Below, piece after piece: positions 25,897 through 41,600 of a stretch of DNA of 64,000 bases (position 1 is its first letter; every line of letters begins with the position of its first letter). Both the position numbers and the translations under genes were made by a program. The notes under the pieces were generated by a model. It saw only the letters and a list, made by a program, of their open reading frames with translations, had not been told where the DNA came from and searched no databases. Source of the DNA: Bugula neritina (taxonomy: Eukaryota; Animalia; Bryozoa); NCBI GenBank assembly GCA_964035545.1, contig OZ037766.1, positions 16,482,722 through 16,546,721 of the forward strand, given 5' to 3'.

Positions 25897-26600
25897 GTTG
25901 AGTTCGGTTGCTTGTCTCTGTGTCAGTGAGAGAGCCTGGCTGTTCCGAATATGACGGTTCCTAGAGAAGTTCTACCACCAAATCATTTATCTGAAATATA
26001 CCACAATGTAATAGATGTACTAGCCTGCAGTAATATAAGATACACTAGTTGTAGCCCTGCCAGCCTAAAGATGAATGTGATATTTATACAGCTCCAATAA
26101 AAGTATAAACATATCATTTATCAACAATAAACTTAGCAGTTACCAGCTGTAAAATGCTAAAGTTGCAGCTGAGCTTTCTGTAACTGCTACTGTGCTATAA
26201 AAACCTAATTACAGCCATAGAATCCTAAAAGCATAGCGCAAGCCTTTTTATGGCACATGGGCAACCAGACACCTAAACCTCAGCATAGACATTTTGCCAA
26301 TATTGACTTTGACACACTGCTATACTCTCACTGTTAGTACTGTCTTGTTTTCTTTTCACAATATGGTGGAAAGTGATAAAATAGTCTAATCAGTGATAAA
26401 TTGGTCATGTAATATCTATTCATTAGGCTGTCAGTTGAACAAAAGTGGCAGCTTAGCATTGATAAGTCTGTCAAAGTGGAGGCAAGTGGCCTAATTACGG
26501 TGTAAGCATTTCCATAACTGATCTATGCTAAATTTTTCTCATATATAGGTGTTGACACCTTCTGGTGTGTGTGATCAAATATTATAGTACTTCTTAACTA

Positions 26601-26669
26601 AGTATGAGACTGTATAGGCACAGGTATGCTCAGTATGAGACTGTATAGGCACAGGTATGCTCAGTATGA
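26601..26669. repeat. Perfect 31-bp tandem duplication (2.2 copies)
   Basis: AGTATGAGACTGTATAGGCACAGGTATGCTC occurs at 26601-26631 and 26632-26662, followed by AGTATGA. Confidence 0.9.
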
Positions 26670-29600
26670 AAACCACCAGGAAGTTTGGAGAGATTAACAG
26701 AAAAAATTACATTTCAACATTTTTCATCAATCATCACTTTCAGTGACACAATTGTTTGCTTTAAGCAGTGTATTGGACAAATGTTGAGATGTGATGGGTA
26801 TCGCCACTAAGTTTTTATAAAAACTATGTGGTTATTTTTGCCAGAAATAGCTTATGGGCTTTGTTGCCTGCTGCAGTATTAATTTCAATAACAAAAGTGG
26901 TTGATTTTCATTATTCATTGTATTGCAGTAATTATGACAAATGTCTGGTAGAAAATAATGAGAACAGCAATGAAGGCGCTTTATCTACACACATCTCCTT
27001 AGTCCAATGCAAAGAATTATCTTTACAACCGAGAAATAAAAATCAGAAACATTATTGCCCATTTGCAATTCAAGACTCAAACTAACAGTCTACAGTTTTG
27101 AGTATACAGCTTCCATTGCATAACTAGAGGTTGCACATCAAAGGTTGTGATTATATTTGACCACGCCAGTCAAGTGTGGAAATCTGATAGGAGTTGTGAA
27201 TGAAGAATGATGAAGACGCTTGGCTGTTTGATATCCATTGAAATTTTTTGCTTAGTCAAAGAAACTTATCTGGTGGAGTATAATTAGTTTTTCTACTTAG
27301 GCTGAAAGTCAATCGTAAACTGTCTTTCCCAGGACTAACACTATCTTGTGTAAGGGTTACATAATCTCTCCATTATGTAAGTGCATCAACACTTTGTTTT
27401 AATTTTGAATAGATGCTTCAACATAGCAAATTGCAAAATGAGAAATTAGCATTGAATCTAAACTAAAATATTTTTTGAGATTATAAAGTCAAGAAAAGAT
27501 GGTTACCAAGGCAACAGAGTGAAATTATGACATATAAAGATAACCAGAAATTGTAACACTGTTTTTATCTGGGAAGTTATTTGATAACAATTGAAAAAGT
27601 GACATCATTTTCTACTTAAAACTATGGCGAAACACTGCATAGACTAATAAAAGCTGATAAACAGAGATTTATATAGAAATTTGTTAAAATACAAACTAAC
27701 ACTTCCCAGTGTGTTGATACAGATCTTGAGTCAAGTCTCTAGTTGTGTAGACAAGCAATTTTATTACAGCGTTGGTATCCAAGTTCACTTACTTAAATTA
27801 AAAGATGCTATTATAAGTCTATGATAAGCAAAATAATTTGAGCTGATCAAATATAATTTCTTTATCAGTAGAAAAGATATACCGCCATTAACAAGCAAAA
27901 TGAATGTAAGGGCGGAGGTTTTTATCAGGAATGTAATAAAGAATAACAGCATTGTCAACAAAAGAGAACAGGCCGTTTGTTATCATAGCAGTGGAACTAT
28001 AAAGTCACTACTAATAGATTTTTTAATAAACTTTCTCTAATTTACAAAATGTTGTGAGTGAGAGACAAGCAAACTTGTCAGGTTGCAGCCTCAAACAGAA
28101 TAAATTTAACTCATAGAATAAGTGTAATTTTACTAGGAAAGGACTGTAATAGTTTGATACCCTCTAGATTGGCGTGATGGTCTATTGGTTGCAAGGCGCT
28201 GAGGAAAGCAGAAGTAGAGTAGTGCAGGAGTAGTGTAAAGAGGGTGGGAAAGGAAACATAGTTTGAGTCAGACAGATTATCTTATCAAGGGGTACAGAGT
28301 AATTATGCAAGAAATAATTATCATTATCAATCAATCATTATATTATTTAGTATGCATGCATTCATTAGATTCTAATAGTTTCAATGCTGGAGGATTTCTA
28401 TAAGAGAGATTATCTTTTCATATTTTCTGCCATAACTTAAAGGTATTTAATACTCCCCAAGGTTTTAACAGTTATTAAGAGAGTAGAAAATAGTTTCTCC
28501 TAATTCTCAAAGAGCCTAAACTTTAAAGTGAATCTAAATAAAAATTGCTGCATTATCCTTTACTAAATTTGCTTACTTTTACTGTTTAAGCATTTGCAAG
28601 ATTGTAAATTACCTATTCCATCATTTTGAGCAGTGGGCAGCTTTGCTACAGTCAGCATAGGTAATTAGTCTAGAATGTTCTACGGCAGCTCACTCGTACC
28701 ATTCTAGTTACCCTCAAGTGGCAGCTGTCTGGGTCAGTGCTGTCACTTAATTACTCATATTTAGCTCTCTAAACAAACCATATTCAGTAGTAAATAATTG
28801 TTTATTTTGTTTGCCTTGACTTGTATTTATTATTGACTGTAACAAGAACATGCCACTATTAATGCGTGACCCAGCGGCCAGCCCAATGTGCTACAGTTGA
28901 ACTTTCTCCAGTCAAAACTACATTCATTGGTATCGTGAGAGTAAAGCATTTGTTGGGCTAATATACATTACATGTTTTATGTTTACTTAACTCTATGCTA
29001 ATTGCTGCTACAGTAGCAATAACCAAGTATTTTTATAAACTGTAGTATACCCTTGAGCCAAATATCACTCTAGAAGCTTTAGTACGAAATCTGTAATATT
29101 ATTTTACTATCAATATTAATCCATCAGGGGTAATAAATGTGTGCCTAATTGCATTTAATGTCCTAGCATAGAGTATGCTTCCTACTATAGACCTCCAGTT
29201 TCTAATCATTTAAGTAATGATGACAAGCCATTAATCAATAGATAGGATGGTAATAAAATATGCTGCCAGCTGCCAGATGATGGTTTTCTCACAAATGGTG
29301 AAATACTGCTGCCTTATTGTTTTATTACATGTACTTTGTAATTTCTAACCTCTCCCTGCTAAGTTTAATGGTTATAGACTACATTAGTCTGGAGTGTAGG
29401 GAAATCTTTCAAGACTGAAACGAGATTAAAGAGGCTAGGTTAGAAAACCAACACTGGAGCTGTCTAAGCATATTAGCTAGGCTCCCATAAATGTGCTATA
29501 ATAACATAGTAATAGAGTTATTCTATTAGTTACTAGGTGACAAGAGTGTTAAGACTGGTTATTGTAAGTGTGAGTGGCTTGCATTGAGTAGGTTCAATAG

Positions 29601-32600
29601 CAGATACTGCGTTAAGAGTAATAAATTAATATTTCCATAAGACCCTCCCCAGAGTGTGGCCATAGATGCAGCCAGGGTGAAATTATGCAAAAGTTATAAC
29701 TAAAAGTCATATTGGCACATCGTGATTATATACAGTGTCACTGCAGTTGTATAACATTATGCAGAAAAGTGAATTTAAATTTAAATTAATGCTAGCTTTT
29801 TATTTATAAAACAGAAGGTTTATTTTACAATTGAGTTCATAACATTTGACGTATGCTTCACGAAAAGAGAGCCAGAACCTGAAATTAATTTATTGGTAAG
29901 AGACTTGGCTAATGCCCTAATAAAATAGATGGTGGTTAGATGATGTAAAACTAGTTGCTATTGTGCAGCTTTATAGCTAATTATATGTTTAGAAATTATA
30001 ATTATCTAACATTGGTAAATGTAAATCCTGCATTGTTTTTATAGTTGTATTCTTGTAATGGTCTTTACTATTTTATCTTTCAATGCTTAAACTCAGAAAC
30101 TGAAAGAGAGTCGGGGTGCTACTGACACTGACACACAATAATTACACTTACAGCTACAGAATAGGATTGTCATCATGATCATTAAAAAATACATTTGATC
30201 ATCGATGATTTTTCAACTGGTTACTGATATGATAACCACAATAAAGTCACTTTTATGCAGTGTGGTTCTACCTTTACCAACCAAAGTTGGCTACAACTAA
30301 ACATATTAGTATACTGTAGTAGTATTAGCATTACTATTACAGTAATTCTATTACTATTACTAGTATTAGTATTAGACTTAATATTACTATAAGTATTAGT
30401 ATAACTATAAGCATAAATATTAGTACAGCTATAACTGTTGCCATTGTTAAATTAATATTTTATCATTTGTATTTCTTACCAATGAAACACGAATCTTCAA
30501 TTCAAATGCCTCGACTCTGAAAAGGTATGTGCGTGCTACTATCCGTAAAGATGGGCTGATATATTTGTCTCCTTGTTACAACTAAGCTTTAATACAACTA
30601 CGAGAGGAGAATAGACTTGCTAGCTAGGCAGTTTTGGCCACAAATGATTCGACTAATTATCTGTCAACATTGAAGTGCATGGGAATTCATTCTGCCTTCT
30701 TATTGGTTGAGCGTATTAATAGCCAACACTTGTTTATATACCGCGGTTGATGTATTATATTATAATGGTACTGTTCGCGCATCACGTTACTTGAGTTAAT
30801 AAACATGGTGACTTCACGTGAACCTTGCACCAAGTTGTCAAATTCTGTATTAGTCAAGTCTCGTAACAACAACAAAAATAAACATAAGATGACTGTACCA
30901 GCAGTATTACAGTGCAATGCAATTTTTCTGTTGAAACTTGTTTGTAACATTGTTTAACTTTTAAAAGGAAAGAATAAGCAACCATGGAGAAAGAAAGGCA
31001 GCACTGATGTAGTTCTGGTCATCCTAGAGGCTATTTATAAAGTCAGACATAATGCACAAAATCTACAGTCAAGGTTGGATTGTTGGTTTAGTTGTGTTGC
31101 AAATTAAGAAATAGATTTGTCACAATTCTACAAGAAATGCCAAGTTTTATTTACGTGCGACATCATGCTCATCACAGCTGAAATCCACAACATTAAGGCA
31201 ATTAATCATATAAGCTTTTAGACTAGCAGCTGCCTAAAGTAAAGCCAAGAATTTGCTGGTTATTACACTAAGTATTGGTTACCTTGAGCCCACAATCTTG
31301 GAAAGATTCTAAATGCCAAGAAGTCCTCAGCTAAAATATAAGCCGTGCAGTTCAGGTACAAACTTGTGTTTCTATATTATAATAATCTAATAAAAGTGTG
31401 ACAGGTGCTCCATGGCTAGATAAAAGATATATGTGTATGATAATTTCTAACTCAACAATGTGACAAATGCTGGTAACAGTATAACCTGCTAGATTGTTTA
31501 CATTCCTAGCTCAAAGAAATGCAAGATATCTCAATATCTATGAAGACTCAAATTACAAAAACTTGTCAATGCAACTCACTGTGGGTAATGCAACTTTGTC
31601 AGATTAGTTTTGTGGAGTGGGTCTGATCTTGAGTGTAATATTCAGTGACACCAAAAGTAATAGCAGACCATAAAGAAGATGGCACTACATATTTTCCGTA
31701 AAGCAGATTAGATAGTTCATAACAGAAGGTACCTGCACTCACTTGAAGCAGTCTTCACAACTGGATTAGCCAGTATGTTTAGTTTATCTTAAGATTTATG
31801 TCAGCAGTCGAGTCTGGAGTATCTAAAACCTGACCCAATGCTAGTTGTCAAGGATTTGCTGAAAGACTGAATCTTATGTGTAAACAAATCACAAAGTCTA
31901 TGTTCAAACATTTTAATAAGTATTACTACAACTCATGGGTTGTAATCTAAAAGCTATACATGATGAGTGATGGGCCTGTAACAAGATTAGGTAACACTTG
32001 GTTCAAGTTATTCAACAAGTGTTGAAATGGAAACAGAAGTAACTTAGCTAGCTGAAGATTGATGGAAGCAACTGCAGCATACTAAAGGTGTTGAAATATA
32101 ATAGTGTTACCCTGAGTTCAAAGTCTTGCTAGGCTAGCCTTTTACACTTTACTTATAAGGAACATTATATCAAAGTCCCTAAAACAATCTAACCACCTAG
32201 AATTCTGGAAGAGAAACAAACAACTTGGTTTAAAGCAGGTCTTGGTTGAACTACTCAAAGAGCAGCAAACCTCAACATTCATTATGTTAGATCTTGCAAA
32301 AAATTCTAGATTAAAGTTATAGGTTACCAAAATCCTGCAAATTCATTAAAAATTAAAACAACTGTAAAGCAAATAGGGCTACAGGAAAACAACAGGCATT
32401 ATGATCATTGAACTTCTCTGCAAAGTGTTAAAACAGCCTCAATAAATTTATTAGACTGATGCTTTGCTGTTTACTTGTCTTTTATTGCTACAACTATGCT
32501 TGTGACTAGAAAAGATTGACTGAATGTGTAAAGCAAATTTTGTAAGGTAAAGGAGGGGATTGCAATTTAACGAGTTGTGTTAGCCATTATTTCAAATTTT

Positions 32601-35600
32601 ATTTTTAGATGCATGTCCATTTTGATTTTAGCTAGATGCAAAGATTTGAGCTTACATTTCTGTGATGTGAGTGTCACCATGTCACCGGCAGTTTTAGACA
32701 CATAAATGTCACGGAAGAGTTATGAACCATTGTGGGATATACTTCTGCACATGTATACAATAGATCTGTTAGGCGAATAGTCACGCTTCTCTTTTGTGAA
32801 GCTACAGAAATTGGCTTTAGTAGTAGCTATCCATTCTCAAATCAAAAATTTGATTTTTATGTCTTTCAAGATTTGATAACACTATCAATTATCTAAAAAG
32901 TGCTATACTTACCAATATGGATCTTTTTTATATTTACTAAAGTCATTGAACTCATATTAAAACAAATAGTAATACATGTTCTTAGAGAATAATGAGACCA
33001 TATTAGTTTGGCTCATTGATCTATTTTTACATAAGTGTGATTGATATTTACACTTTAAACAGCAATATGATAGATGATAATTTGTATGAATCTAACAATT
33101 TGTAACTCAACAAGTGGAAATACTGTTAAATAAGTTTTCAAATTGTTCAATAGCCGATTTGAAATCAACATCAAACATGATGAGACTGGAAATTTCAGCA
33201 TAAGAATTAGGTCATGGTTTCCTTTTTACTTCATTGAATTTTTGCGAAAGAGATAAGAGAATCAGTTACACAATGTTTTTAAATAAAATCAATTTTCAAT
33301 CAACTGATAATAATATGAAGCTATTCATAATTTTTGTCTATTGAAACAATAGCTTTTTAACTACTTAAAACGTTACTATCTAAAAAATTCAGGTTTAGAT
33401 CTGAACGTGTGTCCTCCCCAACCCACTTGCACCCAAAACTGGTATTCACTAGTATAGCTCATCAAGGGGTGAAGCTTATTGAAACTTACTACTCACAGCT
33501 TGTGTATAGAAGTGGCCAACTCAATATTATGGATAGTTTGCATACTAAGTAAAGTATTAGTTTTCGCACCTTAGAATTCTAAGCCAACAGTACAAAGTGA
33601 AAACTAGACATTTTCAGATTTAGCTAACATATAGCCCACCTTGATGGACTAAGAACTACATCTAGTTCTAGGTCTACTACACTGTCAATCGTCACTAAGT
33701 ATATATACAAAATAGGCTTTATACATACCCACTATTGCCATTAAACTGCTGCCTAGAAAAAGTCAATAAAACTTCAACTACCCTATTAAAATAATAGCTG
33801 TAATACAATTGTACCAGAAATGTCACAAGTGTCTAACCAGAGATGCTTATCTAACTTTGCCGCAGAGCCCAGTATTTATATATTCATACAGTGTTTTTAT
33901 TCATTTAGACGAGCATGTACTATAATATGTTCACCAACCACCTAACAGAACTGAGGTGACCTACTATTGCTAACTATAGCTCTGCTTATAAACTACTACA
34001 AGCTCACAGTTCTATGGCCAAGACCTGGTAAACTTCTCAGAATATGTAGTAAAGGCAGCCTAGCTGACTAAAATCTCATAAATAAGTAATATTTTAGTTG
34101 TTGTATTAAAAATGCATTATTTAATAGAATGCAAGTAGTAGTTGAGATAAGGCAGATTTTTATTCCTGCCAAGTGTCAGTCAACAATAGTAATTGTTTTT
34201 AAACTAGTAATTGGTACACATTTCTTATTTAGCCAACCCAACTTTTGATTTAGGTTTACTTGCATTTCTACCTACTTTATTCTTTTGAAAAATTATAATA
34301 AAAATATGGAGAACAAATTTCTAAAAACCTAAACATCTGTAATTACTTTTGTGTTAAAATAGAGTGAAATATAAATCAAATTCAAAGCTACAATGTTTTA
34401 AATTTCTCTATACATACATAGAGTTAATTTATTATATTTTTACAGGTTTAAAAACGGGACAGTGGAAGACCTCTAAAGTAAAATAGAGAGACCGTATACA
34501 AAGAAACACAGCTACTCAACATACAATTAATTTTCAACCTCATTAATCTATGCTAATCCAGATAGATAATCTGTATAATTTTAAAAGTTTCGTGGCTAGT
34601 CGGTGAATTTTAACTGTCTAGCCCACCTAATTTAGAATAAGCCTGTAACTGAAATATAGATAAGGCATTCCAACACTTAAATTGCTTTGAAAAAGGTTAT
34701 ACATTTGAAAAAAATGAATGTGGTAGGTCTAAGAAAGGTATTGGAATCTTGGGAGATTTTGCAGCAATATATAATTAGCTAAATGGCATATTATAAGAAA
34801 TTGCTTGTAGAAAATAATTATTTATTAATGCTACTAAATTAAGATTAAGATGAAGACAGCTTTCCTACAAGCATTTACAAGAATTAGTAATTGTCCAGTT
34901 TATATACTACCATTGCTAACAGAGGCCCATTTAGAATTTCTCCTTCCCATAAAGTTGGTAGATTAATTAAACAGAAACTGTAAAACAATTTGCCTATAAG
35001 GAGGCCATTCTCTAGCAACAGAGCAACTACAGTGTGACACTATTCCTTATACTAACCACACTAAGACATAAAAACATAAATACATCAAGATGACACCAAA
35101 AAACAGATTTGTTATAGTTTAACCAGAATATATCAGAACAAATAACAATGGCAGCAGAAATTTATTACAAGTAGTACAAATTCACAAAAGCATTACTCTT
35201 TATGATCATATATTAATCCCTTTTCTTTTATGAAGTTTTCTCATGGCATAACAAAGACATTTGATATAACCAGAACATTGACACTTCTCTTATAACTGGC
35301 TAGTTTAAGTGTGGCTAGCAGATAACATAAATTTGGCAAAACCTACATTTCTAGCCTCTAGCATGTGATTGTCAAATATGTGACATAATTGTTTGAGTGA
35401 CACTAACTGCAATAAGTTGATAGAGATAAATTAGTCTGTTTGAAGCCAAACATATTATTCAGATAAAGATGAAAGACTGGAGGAAGATTTGAAGAGTCTC
35501 CAAGATCATTTATAATTTTACTACCATATAGCTGTAACAAGCAGCTTATATGTTGTGAGGATTCCAAAGTGTCATAAGTCTTAAGATCCTGTCTCTACAT

Positions 35601-38600
35601 AATATTACATGCACACATTAGGAGTTACTCCCCTTAAATATGATTCCATGTAGTCAGTTTTATGGTTTCAATAATAAAGATAAAGAATCTTCAATACCAA
35701 GTTGCTCAAAGACCTTTGATAGTTATTTTACTGCTGTTACTGTTATGAATGCAGCACTCTATGTTCCAATGAATAACTGAGTGATGGGAGATACTGTCCT
35801 AAGGCAAGTTTATCCATTAACTCAGTAACCAGCATAATAAATATTTGCTCTTTAAGTAAAATTTTAGGGGCAGTCTGACAGTATCCCAAACTAATTATAT
35901 GCTAGAAACTAAAACCAAGGGGTGACTGAGCCCATGGTTTTATTTATTGTTTGATGCAATTGATGAATGAAAACTTAGCAGATTTTACAGGTTTAAAAAG
36001 CACTCTAAATACCTACCATTGGTAATATATTTGTTGAATAAATATGAGTTTGTTGTTTTTAGACCATCAGCTACAGCTGTTTTAACATGTTAAGCACTAA
36101 GAACATAAATTAGCATCAATTCAAGTAAACAAAGATTTAGAATACTACAAGAAACTATAAAGAAGATAGAGAAGAGAGTAAAATGCACTGTATTTTTCTT
36201 TTAGATGTGCATACTGCAAGGTTTTAGAAGGAGCATCTATCGTGAAATTCCTTTAGACACTGCTGCTATTCAAACTCTATACCCATCATACTTCTAAAAA
36301 ATAGAAAGTACCAAATCACGCTCACTCATCACTTGCCACAAGTTTCCTGTGAAGTGAATTCCAGCCATTAAAAGCACAATTAGGCAATATTTAACAATTG
36401 ATTGAAAACAAAACCTTTTGCAGTTTGTCAACTGATGCTTTGGCTACATACTGGTGAATCAACGAGCAGACACTCAAGTGCTGAGCCACAAGACAACAAG
36501 CCCCACCTGAACTCTCAGCCTTCTTCTGTGACCACATTGGCTACACTTCACCTCTGTGAAAGGTGACTACACAGCACATCTGGCGGCCATACTAACAGCA
36601 TACCAGGACTTTTGTTGACATATTCAATGCATTTCTAGAGGCTGAGGTCACCAAGTTAATCTCTACAATCAGCTGTGCAGCCTAAACAATTCATTAGATT
36701 GACATCTACTAAGTATCTGCATTCTGCAGATTAACCACATTGTTTGTATACAGGAGTGATTTGCAGTATATGCTCACCATTTCTAAAGGAAATCTTCACT
36801 TCTGTGAACACATGAAAACCTGATACCCATCAGCACAAAAATGGGCATACCTTGAGCCAGGTTATCAGGACTTCTAATAGTCCCCAGGCATTATGTTGAT
36901 AATCTTCTTTGATATAAATATTGTTGAATCAATTAGAATAATTAAACAAGTCTTTCTTATCAGCAGTGATCTGGAACTGCACATCCTGAGTTGGAGTGAT
37001 AAATTACAATTTAGTATAAACCCAGCAAAATGAAAACAATATTTTGTATTGGTATGCATAGCTTAAACTCTTACAGACTAAAAACCATTAGTTTTTAATT
37101 AGTTATATCCATAGATGGCAATAAAGCTTGTAAATGTTAGTATTTTTAGTTAAAATGGCCATTGAGAGTTAATTAACCCCTATTACAAGATGTGATATTC
37201 CACACCTCATGCATGTAGCCATATAATATTTGTGTAGCGATTATCTTGAACAATTATTAGTGTAAGTAATCAAAAACATTTAATTCTAGTTGTAATAAGC
37301 CAAAGATAATGACCATCAATTTATAATATAATATATTACATTTGAGTGCAGCTACAAGTTCATGGGTGTTACAGACCAGCTAGCTAAGGAGACATATCCC
37401 AAGACCACACAATGCAGTAGACTTGATCTGTTACTCCTAACCTTGATGTGTCTGGTTGAATCACCACCGAGCCGTGACTTTGCAATCAGAGAGAAGTTGT
37501 TGCTTCAATGTCAATAGTTTTTAGAGTTTGCTGTCGTTAAAACCCAAATGTTTTCATTTAAATTTTAATCTATGACTTGTTCTTCTGCAAAAAAGTTTTC
37601 AAATTGGTCTGTTGCATCCTTAGATGCTGAAGCTACTTTGTGGTTGGTTAAATCCCAAAGGTAGAATTATGGTGTAATATACTGTACAGTAATACTGTTG
37701 TAAGAGTAAACTCATGCATTATGTTTGAAGGCCTGCAGCCTTAGCAATTTACCCAAACGCAGGTACCAGACACTAGCTGGTAAAGAACAGATGTGTACTT
37801 TTTCACATTGGCTGACCAGTTTATATGAAACAATTTAATACTGCACCATTTCAGATCGGCTGACAACTCTATTTTATTCTATCATTGCTATGCGATATGT
37901 GGAAAACACTCCGATATTATCATCAGTTATAGTCACATGGCAAGAGCTACTAACCTGCATTTCACCATCACTTACTAATGCAAATGTTTTTGTCACTAAA
38001 TGGAATGTTTACCTCCTAAATCTGCCATTAGGTTGTTGATAAGAAACAAAGATTGCAAATGCTATAATAAAAATAGGTTCTGGTGTACAATTTAATATAC
38101 ACTGCTTGTGGATCACAATTTTTATATTTTGTGTGTCAGGGTGAAAAAGTTTACAGATTAACAATTAAATGCAGGTGGTTGAGGTGAAAAGCTTTCTGGG
38201 GATAAGTTGGGAAACACAGCTGTCTAGAGACTAGGAACTGAATGTCACTGTTCTCTGCTAACCTCCAACACCTTGCTTTTTGCATCACCAAAACAAAGTT
38301 GGTGTCAGCATCAGCTGTTATGAGACTGATTTGCCTTTTCCAACAGCCAGTGCTTATGGTTTTGTAGCCACTGCCATGGAAAACACCAACAAAATTAAAG
38401 GAAAAGTCCATGGAAAAAAATATTTTTGCTAAATTTTCACAAAACTCAACTAATCTGGTGACTGTGTAGCCCAATACAAAAATAATGTTGAAAACAGCTA
38501 TCTTACAATTGTTTTTACTGTTTCTTTTCTGACAAACTAGGTTTTTTGCTATCTCTTACTAAATTAGAAGAAGAACTGGAATTATTTACATTCATTAGAC

Positions 38601-41600
38601 CAATTTCTTGTTCTCACAGATATATTAAAACAATAAGTACTGATTAAATGGGGGATTAGTTTTCAGTTATTCAAATTTGAGACTCATTTGCTGCTTTTAT
38701 TTTGTTCTATTGTTTTGTTTTCTTGCGACAGACAAATTATCTTTAGATCTTTGTATTTCATTGAGCAGCATATGCACATCTTTGCAAAACCATGTGAATC
38801 TGAGAGCCTCTCATTTCACAGCTAGTTTAATATTTTGTGTTGCTTTTGAAGAAATTAGAGTCAGGTTCCATTACTGTTGGCATAAACGTATATTATTCTC
38901 ATGGAGGTCTTAACTTATGCTTTTCTTTGCTATATTCCAGTAATAAACTAAACTTTCAGTGGGGAGCATACTTCACGCGTAGTTTTTATGAGGTGCTTTC
39001 CAGCCTTCAAGATTTATTCTGGTCTAGTTATCGTGAACATTGTTCAGCAAACATTCCACACCAGAGTGATTCTTTTTTTGCAAAATTTAGGGATGTATAG
39101 TAGTTGTCACTAAATTTGGAAATTTGTAATACATTAGTAAGTGGATACAGAGTCAGATAAATTATAAAAAATCTTGCACTCGGATAAAAACAAGTTACAT
39201 GTTCACAAAACTTCAATGAAAGTACAAACCAAAGTTGATAAAGATAGATAAAAAATATAGGCTATTCAAGTTATTCTACTGTTGTTAAATGGGATCTATT
39301 ACTATAATGCTGTTTTTTAAATTGGGTAAAAATCAAGTGCATTTAAGTGTATAGAAGCATTTGCTTTGAATTTTTAGAATAATGGAGAATAACAAATCTA
39401 AACCAAGAGCATATAAGTCTATATATTAATTTGGATTGATTTCCTCTTCTTGGATAAAAACTATTGCACTTATTAGTTATGTCTCAATGTTATCTGAACT
39501 TCTCCATTATATATGCACAACTTTAAATGATTTTTTCAGTCATACTAGGTTACAAATTAGATCTTAACTGTACCAGAAAGCAAATTGTTGAGGATGTGGG
39601 CAGCTTCTCTGTCATCTCAATAGAGCACCTTCCACACTTTGACAGTGTGATGAAGGCTGGTGTGTCAGTGCTGTCCTGTAGCACATGTGACTGTTGCAAA
39701 ATACTCGAAAGAATGCTTGGTGAGGTGTCAGGCAGAGGTTGCTACAGTTTCATTACATGTTGTTTAATCAGCATGACAAATAATACTCAGGGCATGTGGA
39801 AGTGACAGTTGTATCGGAAACACTAAAGCTACATTTGTTGTGTGCTTTAGATGTCATCCGGTGAGAAATAAATAAGTATATTAATTTTGAGGTCTCCATC
39901 CTACTTCAACTCAATACTGCATAGCATATTGTTATTAACTAGCTAGATAATGAGTGGCCATGGAAATATTCTGAGGTTAATTTGAGTGTAATTATCTTCT
40001 TTGTTTTTCTTATTGGTAATGTAAGTATATATATCTTTGATCATGTAAATTGACAGATAAACTTGACTCATCACAATAACTTTAGTCTTTGGAATCTGAT
40101 CTTTAGATAGGAATACAAAATATTTTACAATCATTTTATTTTGAATGCTTAAATTTGCTAGATTTTGCAAATCCTCTATGAAGATCGAGTGACATGGAAG
40201 CACCAGTAATACTAAGATACGGCGTTGTTTAGCAGACTAAGCATTTCTTTTCAGAAATTGGATTCGTGTAAACAAGGAAATGCCAAAAACAGGCTCATCT
40301 GTCCTGAAATTGACATTTAAGACAATAAATTGCCATTTAAAAGGTTGTGTCACAGTTCACCATACAAACTGATACAGTTTGTGTAAGCTTATTCCCTCTA
40401 ATATTACATTATATTACAATTTTCATTATTATATAGTTTTTATTGCATTCCACTAGATGTTAAGCTGACGTGTGTATTACGCAGGTTCCAAGTGGAAACA
40501 CCAAATATGATTGAATGAAATTTGAGGCTAAGTAGTGGCTAGCAATTCAACTTAGAAACCTGATCGGCTCTATATTGTTTGTAACTATGAAACTATAACC
40601 ATTGTCAAGATGATTTGCAGTTATTTTACATGGTTAATGATTTTTGAAGTTGAAACTACAAACATTGTAGGTTTATTATTGATTGATACACAATATCCTT
40701 TAGAGATTGGGTCTTTAAAGTATTGTTTGGGTGCATAAACATATTCATTATTAAGAAGCTGAGGTAGTACAGCTACTTACCCAAATAGCTCATTTCTTGT
40801 AGACAACAGCGGTTATATATTTGTTATCACATTGCACTCAAACTAGATTTGGGCATTGTATTTTTATTGTATTATGACAAATGTATAAACCAGTAATTGA
40901 GTATTTTGTTTTTCTTCCATATAGCTATTCTAGTGCCTGTCATAGAGAACTACTATTTTTACCACAGCTCCATAACAAGTTTTTTGAAACTAGTCATTGC
41001 CGAAAGATTAGAAAATATATATGGCATTACAGAAGGAAACGATTGTTGGAAAGGTCTGAAGCAGTTAGATAGATGTTTTGAATGTTTTTGGTGCAGTTTT
41101 AACTGAACTTTTTTCAACCCGAGCCTTTTTCTAGAATTTATTAGAAACCTGTAGAGATATTGTGGAGAAACAAGCACTCTTTGTGTCAAACATAAGAACT
41201 GTGACTACATTGAGATGTCACTGAGCATGTGCAGACACTTGTTCCCACATGGCTGCAGTAACAGGAAGTGCTACACTCACCACCTGCCTCATAAAGGCCG
41301 GAATATAAAGTTTGCACGGAGTTGTGTGATGGGATGCCCTAAGATTATAGTTTTATATAACATCTTTGAAATGTTATTCAACATTATAATCGGATCACAA
41401 TTTTATAACACTAGATAATATGCATGTGTGTCATTCTTCTTAGGTCTGACTGTCACAGGTGCAGTTGACATAAAAAGACAAAAATAGAGATTAAAATATA
41501 AGACAAAAAATTAATGTGAAATTAAAGTGACAAGATAGTGCCAAGACCTTTTTATGAGGATGTTATGTGAGAGCTGAGAGGTTGGAGATTAGGGCGAGGT

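Noticed and set aside
34560-34650. hAT-like terminus (...TAAGCCTG)
   Set aside because: I could not identify a partner TIR or an 8-bp TSD.
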